Positions 28,267-37,289 of a DNA stretch of 64,000 nt are shown one piece after another. A model generated the notes under the pieces. It was not told the DNA's origin and searched no databases. It was given only the letters and a program-made list of their open reading frames with translations. The stretch's first letter is position 1; each line of letters begins with the position of its first letter. Made by a program: the position numbers and the translations under genes. The stretch is from Tagaea sp. (GTDB taxonomy: Bacteria; Pseudomonadota; Alphaproteobacteria; CACIAM-22H2), in assembly GCA_965279525.1 (NCBI GenBank), contig CBDIIB010000004.1:1216001-1280000 (forward strand), given 5' to 3'.

Positions 28267-29243
28267 GCGAACGCAAGCCCGTCGTCGAGGTCCAGAACCT
28301 CACCAAGCATTTCGACGTCACGCGCGGCCTTTTGCGCAAGACGGTCGCCAAGGTGCGCGCGGTCGATGGCGTTTCGTTCGACATTGCGGCCGGCGAAACG
28401 CTGTGCCTTGTCGGCGAATCCGGCTGCGGTAAATCGACGGTCGCCAAGCTGATCCTGCGGCTGATCGAGCCGAGTTCCGGCAGCGTGATGCTCGGCGGCA
28501 CCGACGTGACCAAACTCGATCAAGCCGGCATGCGCGACCATCGCCGCCACGTTCAAATGGTCTTCCAGGATCCCTACGCATCACTCAATCCGCGCCTCAA
28601 GGCCGGTGTCATCGTCACCGAGCCGCTCGAAAACTACGAGGCGATGGCCGCCTCCGAGCGCGAGGCGCGTGCGGCGAAGCTGTTGACCCGCGTGGGCCTG
28701 CGCGCCGACGCCATGCACCGCTTTCCGTTCGAGTTCTCCGGCGGCCAACGCCAGCGTCTGGGCATCGCGCGGGCACTCGCCCTCAATCCGGGGCTGATCG
28801 TCGCCGACGAGCCGGTCTCAGCACTCGACGTGTCGGTCCAGGCGCAGGTGCTCAACCTGCTGATGGACCTGCAGGAGGAGTACGGCCTCGCCTACCTGTT
28901 TGTCTCGCACGATCTGGGCGTGGTCGAGCATATCGGGCACCGCATCGCGGTCATGTATCTGGGCAAGATCGTCGAGCTCGCCAGCCGCGACGACCTGTTC
29001 GCCGACCCGCAGCACCCCTATTCGGAAGCGCTGATCGCCGCCGCACCGATTCCCGATCCGCGTGCCAAGCGCGAACGCAAGACGATCGAGGGCGAAGTTC
29101 CAAGCCCGATGAACCCGCCTTCCGGCTGCCATTTCCACACGCGATGCCCCTATGTGATCGACCGCTGCCGCAAGGAAGCGCCGCCCCTGCGCGAGATCGC
29201 CCCCGGCCGCCACGTCGCCTGCCACCTGCGAGGACCGCAGTGA
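28263..29243 (+). CDS. peptide ABC ATPase (DppF-like)
   Basis: [24 protein letters not shown] and GCHFHTRC motifs. Confidence 0.92.
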   Translation: MSERKPVVEVQNLTKHFDVTRGLLRKTVAKVRAVDGVSFDIAAGETLCLVGESGCGKSTVAKLILRLIEPSSGSVMLGGTDVTKLDQAGMRDHRRHVQMVFQDPYASLNPRLKAGVIVTEPLENYEAMAASEREARAAKLLTRVGLRADAMHRFPFEFSGGQRQRLGIARALALNPGLIVADEPVSALDVSVQAQVLNLLMDLQEEYGLAYLFVSHDLGVVEHIGHRIAVMYLGKIVELASRDDLFADPQHPYSEALIAAAPIPDPRAKRERKTIEGEVPSPMNPPSGCHFHTRCPYVIDRCRKEAPPLREIAPGRHVACHLRGPQ

Positions 29244-30400
29244 GCGATATCTACGCGCGGCTCGGCGTGAAGCGCCGGATCAACGCCGCGGGAACACTGA
29301 CCCGGCTTGGCGGCAGCCTGATGGACGAGGCCGTGCTCGATGCGATGCGCCAAGCCGCACGCGGCTCGGTCGATATCGGCGAACTCCAGTCGGCCGCCAG
29401 CCGTGCGATCGCAAAGGCGACGGGTACCGAAGCGGGTCTGGTGACCTCCGGTGCGGCCGCCGGCCTGACGCTTGCCGCCGCCGCCTGCATCGCCGGCCTC
29501 GATGTCGCGCGCATGGCGCGCCTGCCCGATACGCGCGGTTTGCCCAACGAGATCCTGATGGCGCGCACGCACCGCAACGCCTACGACCATGCGCTGCGCG
29601 CGGCCGGTGCTGTCATCGTCGACATCGGCCACAATGATCGGGGAACCGGTGCCGGCATCCGCGGGCTGGAGGCCTGGGAAATCGAAGCCGCGATCACGCC
29701 GGCAACGGTCGCTTTCGCGTTTGCAGCGACACCCGATAGCATCGGCGACCTGCCGGCGATCGTCGATATCTGCCGCAAGCACGGGCTCAAGGTCATCGTC
29801 GATGCGGCAGCACAGCTGCCGCCGGCATCCAATCTCCGCGCCTTCGTCGCCGCTGGTGCCGACCTTGTCGTCTTCTCCGGCGGCAAGGCGATCGGCGGAC
29901 CGCAGGCAAGCGGCATCCTCGCCGGACGGCGCGACCTCGTCGCCTCGGCCCTGCTCCAGCAACTCGACATGGATGTCGCCCCGACGCGCTGGACCGCCCC
30001 GGATATCGTCGACCGGGCGAAGGTTCCCGTCCCGCCGCATCACGGGATCGGCCGCGCCTTCAAGGTGGGCAAGGAAGAGATCATCGGGCTGATCGTGGCC
30101 CTCGAGCGTTTCGCAACCCGAGACGAAGCGGCCGCGACGGCCGCACTTCGCGCACGGCTGGAAGCGATCGCCGCCGCCCTGCCCGGCCGCAAGGCCCGGA
30201 TCGTTCCGGGCCGCGTGGCCACGCTGGAAATCGAGACAAGCGACGGCCCGGCGGCGTTGACCCGGCTGCTGGCAGGCGATCCGCCCGTGCATGTCGGCGA
30301 GCGTAACGCCGCCCAAGGCGTGCTGACCGTCGATCTTCAGGCCGTTCGCGCCGAGGATGACGCGATCCTCGCCGCCGCTCTCGCGAAGGCGACCGGCTGA
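29240..30400 (+). CDS. SelA-like PLP enzyme (DgaE / D-glucosaminate-6-phosphate ammonia-lyase-like family)
   Basis: INAAGTLTRLGG, TSGAAAG, VDAAA, FSGGKAIGGPQ (PLP Lys) and GIGRAFKVGKEE motifs. GTG start overlaps the dppF stop. Confidence 0.8.
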   Translation: MSDIYARLGVKRRINAAGTLTRLGGSLMDEAVLDAMRQAARGSVDIGELQSAASRAIAKATGTEAGLVTSGAAAGLTLAAAACIAGLDVARMARLPDTRGLPNEILMARTHRNAYDHALRAAGAVIVDIGHNDRGTGAGIRGLEAWEIEAAITPATVAFAFAATPDSIGDLPAIVDICRKHGLKVIVDAAAQLPPASNLRAFVAAGADLVVFSGGKAIGGPQASGILAGRRDLVASALLQQLDMDVAPTRWTAPDIVDRAKVPVPPHHGIGRAFKVGKEEIIGLIVALERFATRDEAAATAALRARLEAIAAALPGRKARIVPGRVATLEIETSDGPAALTRLLAGDPPVHVGERNAAQGVLTVDLQAVRAEDDAILAAALAKATG

Positions 30401-30401
30401 C

Positions 30402-31529
30402 CTAGCCGTGCCACCACTTGCCGCCGAGCACGATGCCGCGGCAGCGCAGATGTTCCTTCCCCTCGATGGTCTCGCCGAGCACGTCGACGAATCCGAACTT
30501 CCCGTTCTCGATCTCGAGCACCGTCGCGTCGCCGAGCGTGCCCGGAACGAGTGTTCCACGGTCGGTCTTGCGCACAGCCAGGGCCGGATTGATTGTCGAG
30601 CAGCGGATCACATCGGTCAGCGACATCCCGATGGCGAGGAACTTCGACATCGTAACGAGCTGGTCGAAGGCCGGGCCGTTCTCTGACAGCACATGCACAT
30701 CTGACGAGATGACGTCCGGCAGGAATCCTGCCTTCATCATCGGCAGGGCCGTCTCGTAGCCGAACGATCCGCCGCCATGACCGATGTCGAAGATCACGCC
30801 GCGCGCACGTGCCGCGCGAACGTCGTCCTGCACCCGCCCGTAGCCGGTGATGGGCGCGTTGGGAAACGGCCGGTAGCAGTGCGTCAGGATGTCGCCCTTG
30901 CGCAGGCGCGGCATGACCTCGCTGCGATAGGGCGGCGGATGGTCGAGATGCGCCATCACCGGGATGCCGAGATGGTCGGCGACCTCAAGCGCCATGTCGA
31001 GCGGTGCGAGACCCGATTCGCCCGAAGCGCTCTTGCCCACGCGCACTTTGATGCCGACGATCAGGTCCGCGTGCTCGCGCCCGATGTCGCGGCAGGCCCG
31101 CGGGCTCAGCATGCGAAGGTCCTCGCACTCGCCGACCATGACGTAGGAACCGAAGGCGAAGATGCCCGGATAGGAGATGTTCATGAAAGGCAGGATGCGC
31201 ACGCCGCACTGCTCGACGATATGCTTGCGGAAACCCGGCAGGTTGCCGGGCCCGGCGGTGCCCGCGTCGATCAGCGTCGTGCAGCCGGCACGCTTGGCAT
31301 AGGCATCCGGATCCACGCCGATCGACGTGCCGCCCCAATAGACGTGCGTGTGCAGATCGATGAGGCCCGGGACGACCATCTTGCCCGTCACGTCGCGGCT
31401 GGCCTTGGCTGGCCCGAGTTTCTGGCCGACCGCGGCAACACGCCCGTCGCGGAACGCGACGTCGGATACCGCATCGAGCCCCTGTGCCGGATCGATTACC
31501 CGGCCCCCCGTCAACACCAGATCGTACAT
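30402..31529 (-). CDS. amidohydrolase/deacetylase family metallohydrolase (dihydroorotase-like fold)
   Basis: IDLHTH, DAGTAG, GIKVR, MAHL, THC, DIGHGGGSF and SSDVH motifs. Start MYDLV. Confidence 0.85.
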   Translation of the reverse strand: MYDLVLTGGRVIDPAQGLDAVSDVAFRDGRVAAVGQKLGPAKASRDVTGKMVVPGLIDLHTHVYWGGTSIGVDPDAYAKRAGCTTLIDAGTAGPGNLPGFRKHIVEQCGVRILPFMNISYPGIFAFGSYVMVGECEDLRMLSPRACRDIGREHADLIVGIKVRVGKSASGESGLAPLDMALEVADHLGIPVMAHLDHPPPYRSEVMPRLRKGDILTHCYRPFPNAPITGYGRVQDDVRAARARGVIFDIGHGGGSFGYETALPMMKAGFLPDVISSDVHVLSENGPAFDQLVTMSKFLAIGMSLTDVIRCSTINPALAVRKTDRGTLVPGTLGDATVLEIENGKFGFVDVLGETIEGKEHLRCRGIVLGGKWWHG

Positions 31530-31555
31530 CGGGTCTTCCCCTTCGGTTTCGACAG

Positions 31556-32038
31556 CTAACGGCAATGCGGCGGACAGCCGCGCCTCCAGAACGCCTCGCC
31601 GGCACTGCTTGCCGGCTTTGGCACCACCAGTTCCCACCAACCGTGCGCGCATTCCGAACGAAACGCCATCTGGTCGGACAATGTCGTGCCGGTCGCGACG
31701 AAGCCTGCTTCCAGCCGTGTGAGGGACGCTGCGATCTCGGCCTGTGTCGCTGCCGTCGTGTCAGCCGCATCAATGCAAAATGCGGCCGCGAAACGGCGGA
31801 TATCCTCGGCGAGGGCCGGATATGCGCCAGCATCGAGGCTCCAGGCCTTCATCCATTCCCCGCAGACCTTCGCCGCGGCTGCATCGACCGACTGGCCGGC
31901 CATCTTGCGCGCAGTCGTGCGCATGTGGCGCAGAAGTTCGGCTCGTGCGTGCGCCGTCCGTGCGGCAAGTGCGGCCGCCTGCATGGCGGCGATGGCCCGC
32001 TCGGCCAATTCCAGATGTGCGTCGACGGGATGTGCCAT
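31556..32038 (-). CDS. hypothetical protein (160 aa, Ala-rich, Cys/His/Trp-rich C-terminus)
   Basis: Fills the gap between same-strand genes with 11- and 26-bp spacers. No family recognised. Confidence 0.65.
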   Translation of the reverse strand: MAHPVDAHLELAERAIAAMQAAALAARTAHARAELLRHMRTTARKMAGQSVDAAAAKVCGEWMKAWSLDAGAYPALAEDIRRFAAAFCIDAADTTAATQAEIAASLTRLEAGFVATGTTLSDQMAFRSECAHGWWELVVPKPASSAGEAFWRRGCPPHCR

Positions 32039-32049
32039 ATGCGTTTTTC

Positions 32050-32979
32050 CTAGGGCAGTCGGGCAATCGAATCGATCATCCGGTCGAAAAGCGCAGCCGC
32101 ATTCACTTTCGAGGCGACGAACGCGCTCGCCGGGCGCTTCGTGCGTCCGTTCCAGTCGATCGTCGAGCGGCCGCGCACGCGTCCCTCGGTCTCGATCTCG
32201 ACGTGGCAGTCGCGCCCCTCGAACAGGTCGGGCCAGAGCAGCCAAGCAACCGTGCACGGGTCGTGCATCGGATGCGCCTTCGTCGCCATGCCGCCGGGAC
32301 GCGGGCGCGTCAGCATGCCGTGGATGCACGCACCCGTGCGCGTGCCCAGTGCGGCGATCCTGTCGACATGCGCCGGCGACGCGATAGCCTGATGCGTGAG
32401 GTCCAGACCGAAAAGAGCGGACTTCACCCCCGCCGCCATGACGACGGCGGCCGCGTGCGGATCGACATAGAAGTTGAACTCGGCCGCCGGCGTCATGTTC
32501 CCGAGCGACAGGGCGCCGCCCATGATCGACAGCAGCCCCAGTCGCGGTGCGATGTCCGGTGCAAGGCGAAGCGCCATCGCGATGTTGGTCAGCGGTCCAA
32601 GCGCGCAGACCGTCACGCTGCCCGGCGGCTCGGCCCTTACGAGACGGATCAACGCGTCGACCGCATGGCCGTCGGCGGCGACGGATTGCGGCTCGGGCAA
32701 TCCCGAGCCTGCCAGCCCGTCCGGCCCGCTGATGAACTCGGCGGTTTCCAGCGGCACGATCATCGGCCCGTCCATGCCGGCATGGACCGGCACGTTGCGG
32801 CGCCCGGCAAGCTCGCAGATGCGCAGCGCATTCGCAGTCGTGCGGCAGAGACCGACATTTCCGGCAACGGTCGACACGAGCTTCACGTCGAACACCTCCG
32901 GGTGCGCAAACGCGAGCAGCAGTGCCACCGCATCGTCCTGCCCCGGATCGGTATCGACGACGAGCGTGCGCGCGGTCAC
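32050..32979 (-). CDS. inosine/uridine-preferring nucleoside hydrolase
   Basis: DTDPGQDD, GNV, GPLTNIA, AEFNFYVDP and HDP motifs. Confidence 0.92.
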   Translation of the reverse strand: MTARTLVVDTDPGQDDAVALLLAFAHPEVFDVKLVSTVAGNVGLCRTTANALRICELAGRRNVPVHAGMDGPMIVPLETAEFISGPDGLAGSGLPEPQSVAADGHAVDALIRLVRAEPPGSVTVCALGPLTNIAMALRLAPDIAPRLGLLSIMGGALSLGNMTPAAEFNFYVDPHAAAVVMAAGVKSALFGLDLTHQAIASPAHVDRIAALGTRTGACIHGMLTRPRPGGMATKAHPMHDPCTVAWLLWPDLFEGRDCHVEIETEGRVRGRSTIDWNGRTKRPASAFVASKVNAAALFDRMIDSIARLP

Positions 32980-33752
32980 GCAGCCTCCTGTGCGGCCGAC
33001 ATGATCATATGGCTGAGATCGTCGGCAGACAGCCCACCGATCGGCCGGTCGGCGATCTTTCGCCCGCTCTTCAGGATCGCGACGCGCGTGGCCAGCGCCA
33101 CCACGTCGCGCATGTTGTGGCTGATCAGCAGGATCGTGTGCCCCTGCGCTTTCAGCGCGCGTACCAGATCCAGGACCTGCGCCGTTTCCTTGACACCCAA
33201 TGCCGCCGTCGGCTCATCCATGATTATGATTTCGGCATTCCAGCGAAGCGCGCGCGAGATCGCGACCGCCTGCCGCTGACCGCCCGACAGGCGCTCGACG
33301 GGCCGCGACATGTCGGCGATGTCGACTGACAGGCGCGCCAGGTAGTCGCGCGATTCACGCGCCATGCGGGCCTTGTCGAGGATGCGGACAAACGGCAGGC
33401 CGAAAGCGCGCGTCCGCTCGGCACCCATGAAGATGTTGGCGGCGATCGAAAGACGCGGTGCAAGCGCCAGATCCTGGTAGATGGTCGCGACACCCTGCGC
33501 CAGCGCATCGTGCGGCGAGCGGAAATGCACGGGTACGCCGCGCAGCGACATCGTTCCGTCACTGGGAGCCTGCGCACCCGACAGAATCTTGATCAGGGTC
33601 GACTTGCCGGCGCCGTTATCGCCGCAGATGGCGAGTACGTCGCCGGAATAGACGTCCAGATCGACGCCGGCGAGCGCCTGGACAGCGCCGTAGCTTTTGG
33701 AAATGCCGCGCAGCGAGAACAGCGCCCCGTCGGATCTTGCGTCGTCCGCCAT
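32976..33752 (-). CDS. sugar ABC transporter ATPase (single domain)
   Basis: GDNGAGKST, YQDLAL, LSGGQRQ and DEPTAALG motifs. Confidence 0.9.
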   Translation of the reverse strand: MADDARSDGALFSLRGISKSYGAVQALAGVDLDVYSGDVLAICGDNGAGKSTLIKILSGAQAPSDGTMSLRGVPVHFRSPHDALAQGVATIYQDLALAPRLSIAANIFMGAERTRAFGLPFVRILDKARMARESRDYLARLSVDIADMSRPVERLSGGQRQAVAISRALRWNAEIIIMDEPTAALGVKETAQVLDLVRALKAQGHTILLISHNMRDVVALATRVAILKSGRKIADRPIGGLSADDLSHMIMSAAQEAA

Positions 33753-33780
33753 CTGGCCACGCATCCTTGGCACCGGAGAA

Positions 33781-33804
33781 GCCGGGCGGGTCGCCCCGCC
33801 CGGC
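33781..33804 (-). terminator. intergenic stem-loop after binding-protein gene
   Basis: GCCGGGCGGG-TCGC-CCCGCCCGGC, a 10-bp perfect stem. Confidence 0.6.
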
Positions 33805-33810
33805 GCCCGG

Positions 33811-34755
33811 TCACTTCTTCAGATAGGCGTTGACGTTGTTCTTGTCGACGACGACGGCGTCCATGAACAGATAGGGACCGCTGACGATCGAAGTCGCGGG
33901 CTGCTTCTTGACGACGATGGACTCGACGGCATCGACCGCCTTGACGCCCATTTCCTCGAACGGGATCGTGACGGTGGCGAGGAACGTGCTTTCCGGATCG
34001 GCAATGCGCCGGTAGCTGTCTTCGCCACCGTCGACCGACACCAGCGGGATCTGGCCCTTCTTGACGCCCTGCGCCTTCAGCAGGTCGTCGATGATGTAGG
34101 CTTGCCCGTCGAACGACGCCCAGATGCCGTTGATCTTGCCCTGGTTCTGCAGCAGCAACGCCTGCACGCCGGCCCGCACGTCGTCGCGCCAGCTCTGCGT
34201 GCGCGCCATCGAGTGCTTGCCGATTTCCTTGATGGCCGTGTTCTCCGACACGACCGTGTCGAGGACCTTGCCGCGGATGCGCGACGCGATGTTACCCTCG
34301 AATCGGACGGTCAGGATGTTGCCCGTGTAGCCCATCTGCCCGAGCAGATACATGGCCGCGTCGGCGCCGACCTTGTACTCGTTGGTCTGGATGTCGAACA
34401 GCGCGTGCGGACCCGCACCCGACTGGACGGTGATGACGGGGATCCCGCGGTCCTTGGCCAGCTTGAACTGCGCGTCCGCCTCGACCGGCTTGCCCATCGC
34501 GATGACGATCGCGTCGACCTTCTTCGAGATGAGCGCTTCGAACTGCTCGGCGTGCTTGGGCAGCGAACCTTCCGAATTGAGCAGCGTGACGCCCCAGCCC
34601 TTCGCCTTCGCCGCAGCAGCCGCGGCATTCGCCACGCGCGCGTGCGTCTCGGAGGAAAACTGGAAACCGATCACGCCGATCTCGACTGCCTGTGCGGCCG
34701 CCGTGCCCGCCAGCAGCATCGCCGCTGCCGCGACCAACGATTTTAGCTTTGCCAT
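33811..34755 (-). CDS. sugar ABC transporter substrate-binding protein (RbsB-like)
   Basis: Signal peptide; KKVDAIVI and VSVDG periplasmic-binding-protein type I features. Confidence 0.88.
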   Translation of the reverse strand: MAKLKSLVAAAAMLLAGTAAAQAVEIGVIGFQFSSETHARVANAAAAAAKAKGWGVTLLNSEGSLPKHAEQFEALISKKVDAIVIAMGKPVEADAQFKLAKDRGIPVITVQSGAGPHALFDIQTNEYKVGADAAMYLLGQMGYTGNILTVRFEGNIASRIRGKVLDTVVSENTAIKEIGKHSMARTQSWRDDVRAGVQALLLQNQGKINGIWASFDGQAYIIDDLLKAQGVKKGQIPLVSVDGGEDSYRRIADPESTFLATVTIPFEEMGVKAVDAVESIVVKKQPATSIVSGPYLFMDAVVVDKNNVNAYLKK

Positions 34756-34789
34756 ATCCGTCTACTCCCTCTTGCGACCCTGTCGGGCG

Positions 34790-35773
34790 TCACACCTTGA
34801 ATGCCGGCTTTTTCGTCACCATCGCTGAAAAGGCGACGGATCCGATGATGATGCCACCAAGCACGATATCCTGCACGTAGTAAGCGGCCCCCTGCAGGAC
34901 GAGACCGTTGCCGAGTACCTTGAGCACGACCGCGGCGAACAGCGTGCCGGGGACGTTCGGCCGGCCCGGCTCGAACATCGTCATGCCCAGCAGCACTGCC
35001 GCTATCGCATAGAGGAAATAGTCGCCCGCCATGTTGGGTGCTGCGGACGACAGGTTCGCGGCGAGCAGGACGGCCGCAAGACCCGCACAAGCACCCGACA
35101 ACGCGAGGCCGATCCGCTTCATCCTTGCCGTCGCGATGCCGGCAAGGCGCGCCGCCTCGTCGGCCTCGCCGGTCGCAGTCATGTGGGCGCCCGTGCGGGT
35201 CCACTTGACGAGCCCGTAGGCGACGATCGCGACGCCCGCCATCCAGAAAATCAGGTTGGACACGCCCCATGTCGTTCCCCGGGCGAGCCCGGTGAACCCG
35301 GTCGGCCAGCGGCCGACGAAGGCCACGCCCTGCGTGATCATGAAGGCCAGCCCCTTGGCGATGGCGGCCGTGCCCAGCGTGACGATCAGCGAAGGCACGC
35401 GAAGGACGGTCACCCCGAAGCCGTTGAACAGGCCGAGCCCCAGCCCGACCGCGATCGCGGCAAGGAACGCGATCCAAGGGTCGTGCTTTTGCTGGACGAG
35501 CCAGCCGGCGACGACGGCGGCGAGACTGGCGACTTCGGCAACCGACAGGTCGAGTTCGGCGATGGTGAGGGCGAGCGCGAAGCCGATCGCCAGGATCGCG
35601 AGGAAGCTGGTGTCCTTGGCGATATTGAGGAGATTGGCCGGGCTGGCGAAGTTCTGCGCGAAGACGACGAAATAGGCGATCAGGACGAGACCGGCCATCA
35701 CCGTGCCGTAGCGTTCGATGGCATCTCGGATGCGCCGGTCGGCGGATCCAGGGGCTTGGCTGAAGGGGGACAT
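34790..35773 (-). CDS. sugar ABC transporter permease (RbsC-like)
   Basis: ELDLSV, PSLIVTLG, AARLAGI and IAAVLLG motifs. Start MSPFS at 35773; the longer ORF is a shadow extension. Confidence 0.88.
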   Translation of the reverse strand: MSPFSQAPGSADRRIRDAIERYGTVMAGLVLIAYFVVFAQNFASPANLLNIAKDTSFLAILAIGFALALTIAELDLSVAEVASLAAVVAGWLVQQKHDPWIAFLAAIAVGLGLGLFNGFGVTVLRVPSLIVTLGTAAIAKGLAFMITQGVAFVGRWPTGFTGLARGTTWGVSNLIFWMAGVAIVAYGLVKWTRTGAHMTATGEADEAARLAGIATARMKRIGLALSGACAGLAAVLLAANLSSAAPNMAGDYFLYAIAAVLLGMTMFEPGRPNVPGTLFAAVVLKVLGNGLVLQGAAYYVQDIVLGGIIIGSVAFSAMVTKKPAFKV

Positions 35774-35816
35774 CGGCCGATGGCGCTGACTGTTAACGAT
35801 TGAACCGGCCCCCGTG

Positions 35817-37289
35817 TTATCGCCGATCTGCGGGCCATGTGGCAAGGCGTCGCGAGACGGGTGCAAGTGCCTCGTGCGCTTGCCGGAACTCGGCATAGAG
35901 CCGGTCGAAATGCGATCGCCGGGCGGTATCGGGCGCATAACGTCGCCCCGGCCGGACAAGGGCCGCCTGTGCTGCCGCAAGCGTCGGGTATTCGCCGCAT
36001 GCCACCCGTGCCGCGACTGCCGCACCGAGCAGCCCCGGCTCCTCGACGGCCGGCGCCACGACCGGCCGGTCGAGAATATCGGCCTTGATCTGGCACCAGG
36101 CCACGTTTGCCGCACCGCCACCGCCAAACCGCAACTCGCGGGCCTGCAGGCCCGTACCGGCTTCCGCCCGCTCGAGGACGATGCGGTTGAGAAAGGCAAT
36201 CCCCTCCATGACCGCGAAGACGAGATCGACCGCCCCGTGCTGGCGGTTGAGGCCGACAAACGCGCCGCGCAGGTTCGCGTCCCAGAAGGGCACGCGTTCG
36301 CCTTGCAGGTAGGGCAGGAACAGCACCGGCACGTCGGTCCGGGGTTGGGCAAGCAGTGCCTCCAGTGCCGGACTGACATCGCCGTGCCTTCCCAGCAGGT
36401 CGAGCACCCAGGCGAGCGTGTCGGCCCCGTTCTGCCCCGGGCCTCCGAGTTGGTGAAGTGCCGGCCCCCAGACGACGTCGAGCAGGCCTTCGGCGATAGC
36501 CGGATGGCCGGCGACCAATCCGAGAACCTCGGTCGTGCCGGAGATGTTGTAGGCGAGGCCCGGCTGGAGAGCGCCAAGCCCGGCGACGGCCGCCCACGTG
36601 TCGTTGGCCATCGCCACGACAGGGCACCCGGCCAAGCCGGAAAGTGCGCCAGGGAGACCTGCGACGACATGCCCCATGATCGAAACCGGATCGCCCAGGG
36701 CCGGAACCAGCGATTCCGGCACGCCGATGGCGGCAAGTATCGAACGCCCGGCTGGTCCCGCAGCGGCAGCCAACCGGGCAAGCGATACGCTGTCGCCGGC
36801 CAGCACGCCGGTCAGCCGGAAGTTGAGCCAGTCCTTCGGCTCGACGACGTGCGCCGTGCGGGCGAATGCCTCGGGCACCACGCGCGCAAACCACAGCAGT
36901 CGCGCCGCCGGATGATAAGCATTGAGACGGGCAGCTTCCGGATGTCCTAGCGGACAGGCCGCGCGCAGTTCCTCGACGACCGTCTCGGCGCGGCTGTCGT
37001 GCCACAGCACGGCCGGATGGGTCGGGCGGCCCTCGGCATCGAGAAATACCTGCGTGCGCGTGAAGGCGGAAATCGCGATCGCCTTCGTCGCGGCGAAGGC
37101 CGCCGGTGCGGCGGCGGCGAGCGCACTTCCAAGATCTGACAGGTCGCGCCACCAGATCTCCGGATCCGCCTCGGCCGACTGGCCGGCCGACGACGGGACA
37201 GACAGGAACGCGACGATCCGGCCCGTCTCGTCGACAAGCCCGCCACGCAGGCTGGTGCCGCCCAGATCGAAAGCAAGGACGCAGCTCAT
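35817..37289 (-). CDS. FGGY family carbohydrate kinase (xylulokinase-like)
   Basis: DLGGTS, WHDSRA, SGTT, PYLQGERVP and GGGA motifs. Confidence 0.9.
   Translation of the reverse strand: MSCVLAFDLGGTSLRGGLVDETGRIVAFLSVPSSAGQSAEADPEIWWRDLSDLGSALAAAAPAAFAATKAIAISAFTRTQVFLDAEGRPTHPAVLWHDSRAETVVEELRAACPLGHPEAARLNAYHPAARLLWFARVVPEAFARTAHVVEPKDWLNFRLTGVLAGDSVSLARLAAAAGPAGRSILAAIGVPESLVPALGDPVSIMGHVVAGLPGALSGLAGCPVVAMANDTWAAVAGLGALQPGLAYNISGTTEVLGLVAGHPAIAEGLLDVVWGPALHQLGGPGQNGADTLAWVLDLLGRHGDVSPALEALLAQPRTDVPVLFLPYLQGERVPFWDANLRGAFVGLNRQHGAVDLVFAVMEGIAFLNRIVLERAEAGTGLQARELRFGGGGAANVAWCQIKADILDRPVVAPAVEEPGLLGAAVAARVACGEYPTLAAAQAALVRPGRRYAPDTARRSHFDRLYAEFRQAHEALAPVSRRLATWPADRR

Noticed and set aside
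29240-30400. Selenocysteine synthase SelA
   Set aside because: Shorter than canonical SelA, no selB/selC/selD nearby, and the context fits the DgaE-like family.
34790-36781. 663-aa permease fusion
   Set aside because: The N-terminal half is an alternate frame of the FGGY kinase gene. The permease starts near 35773.
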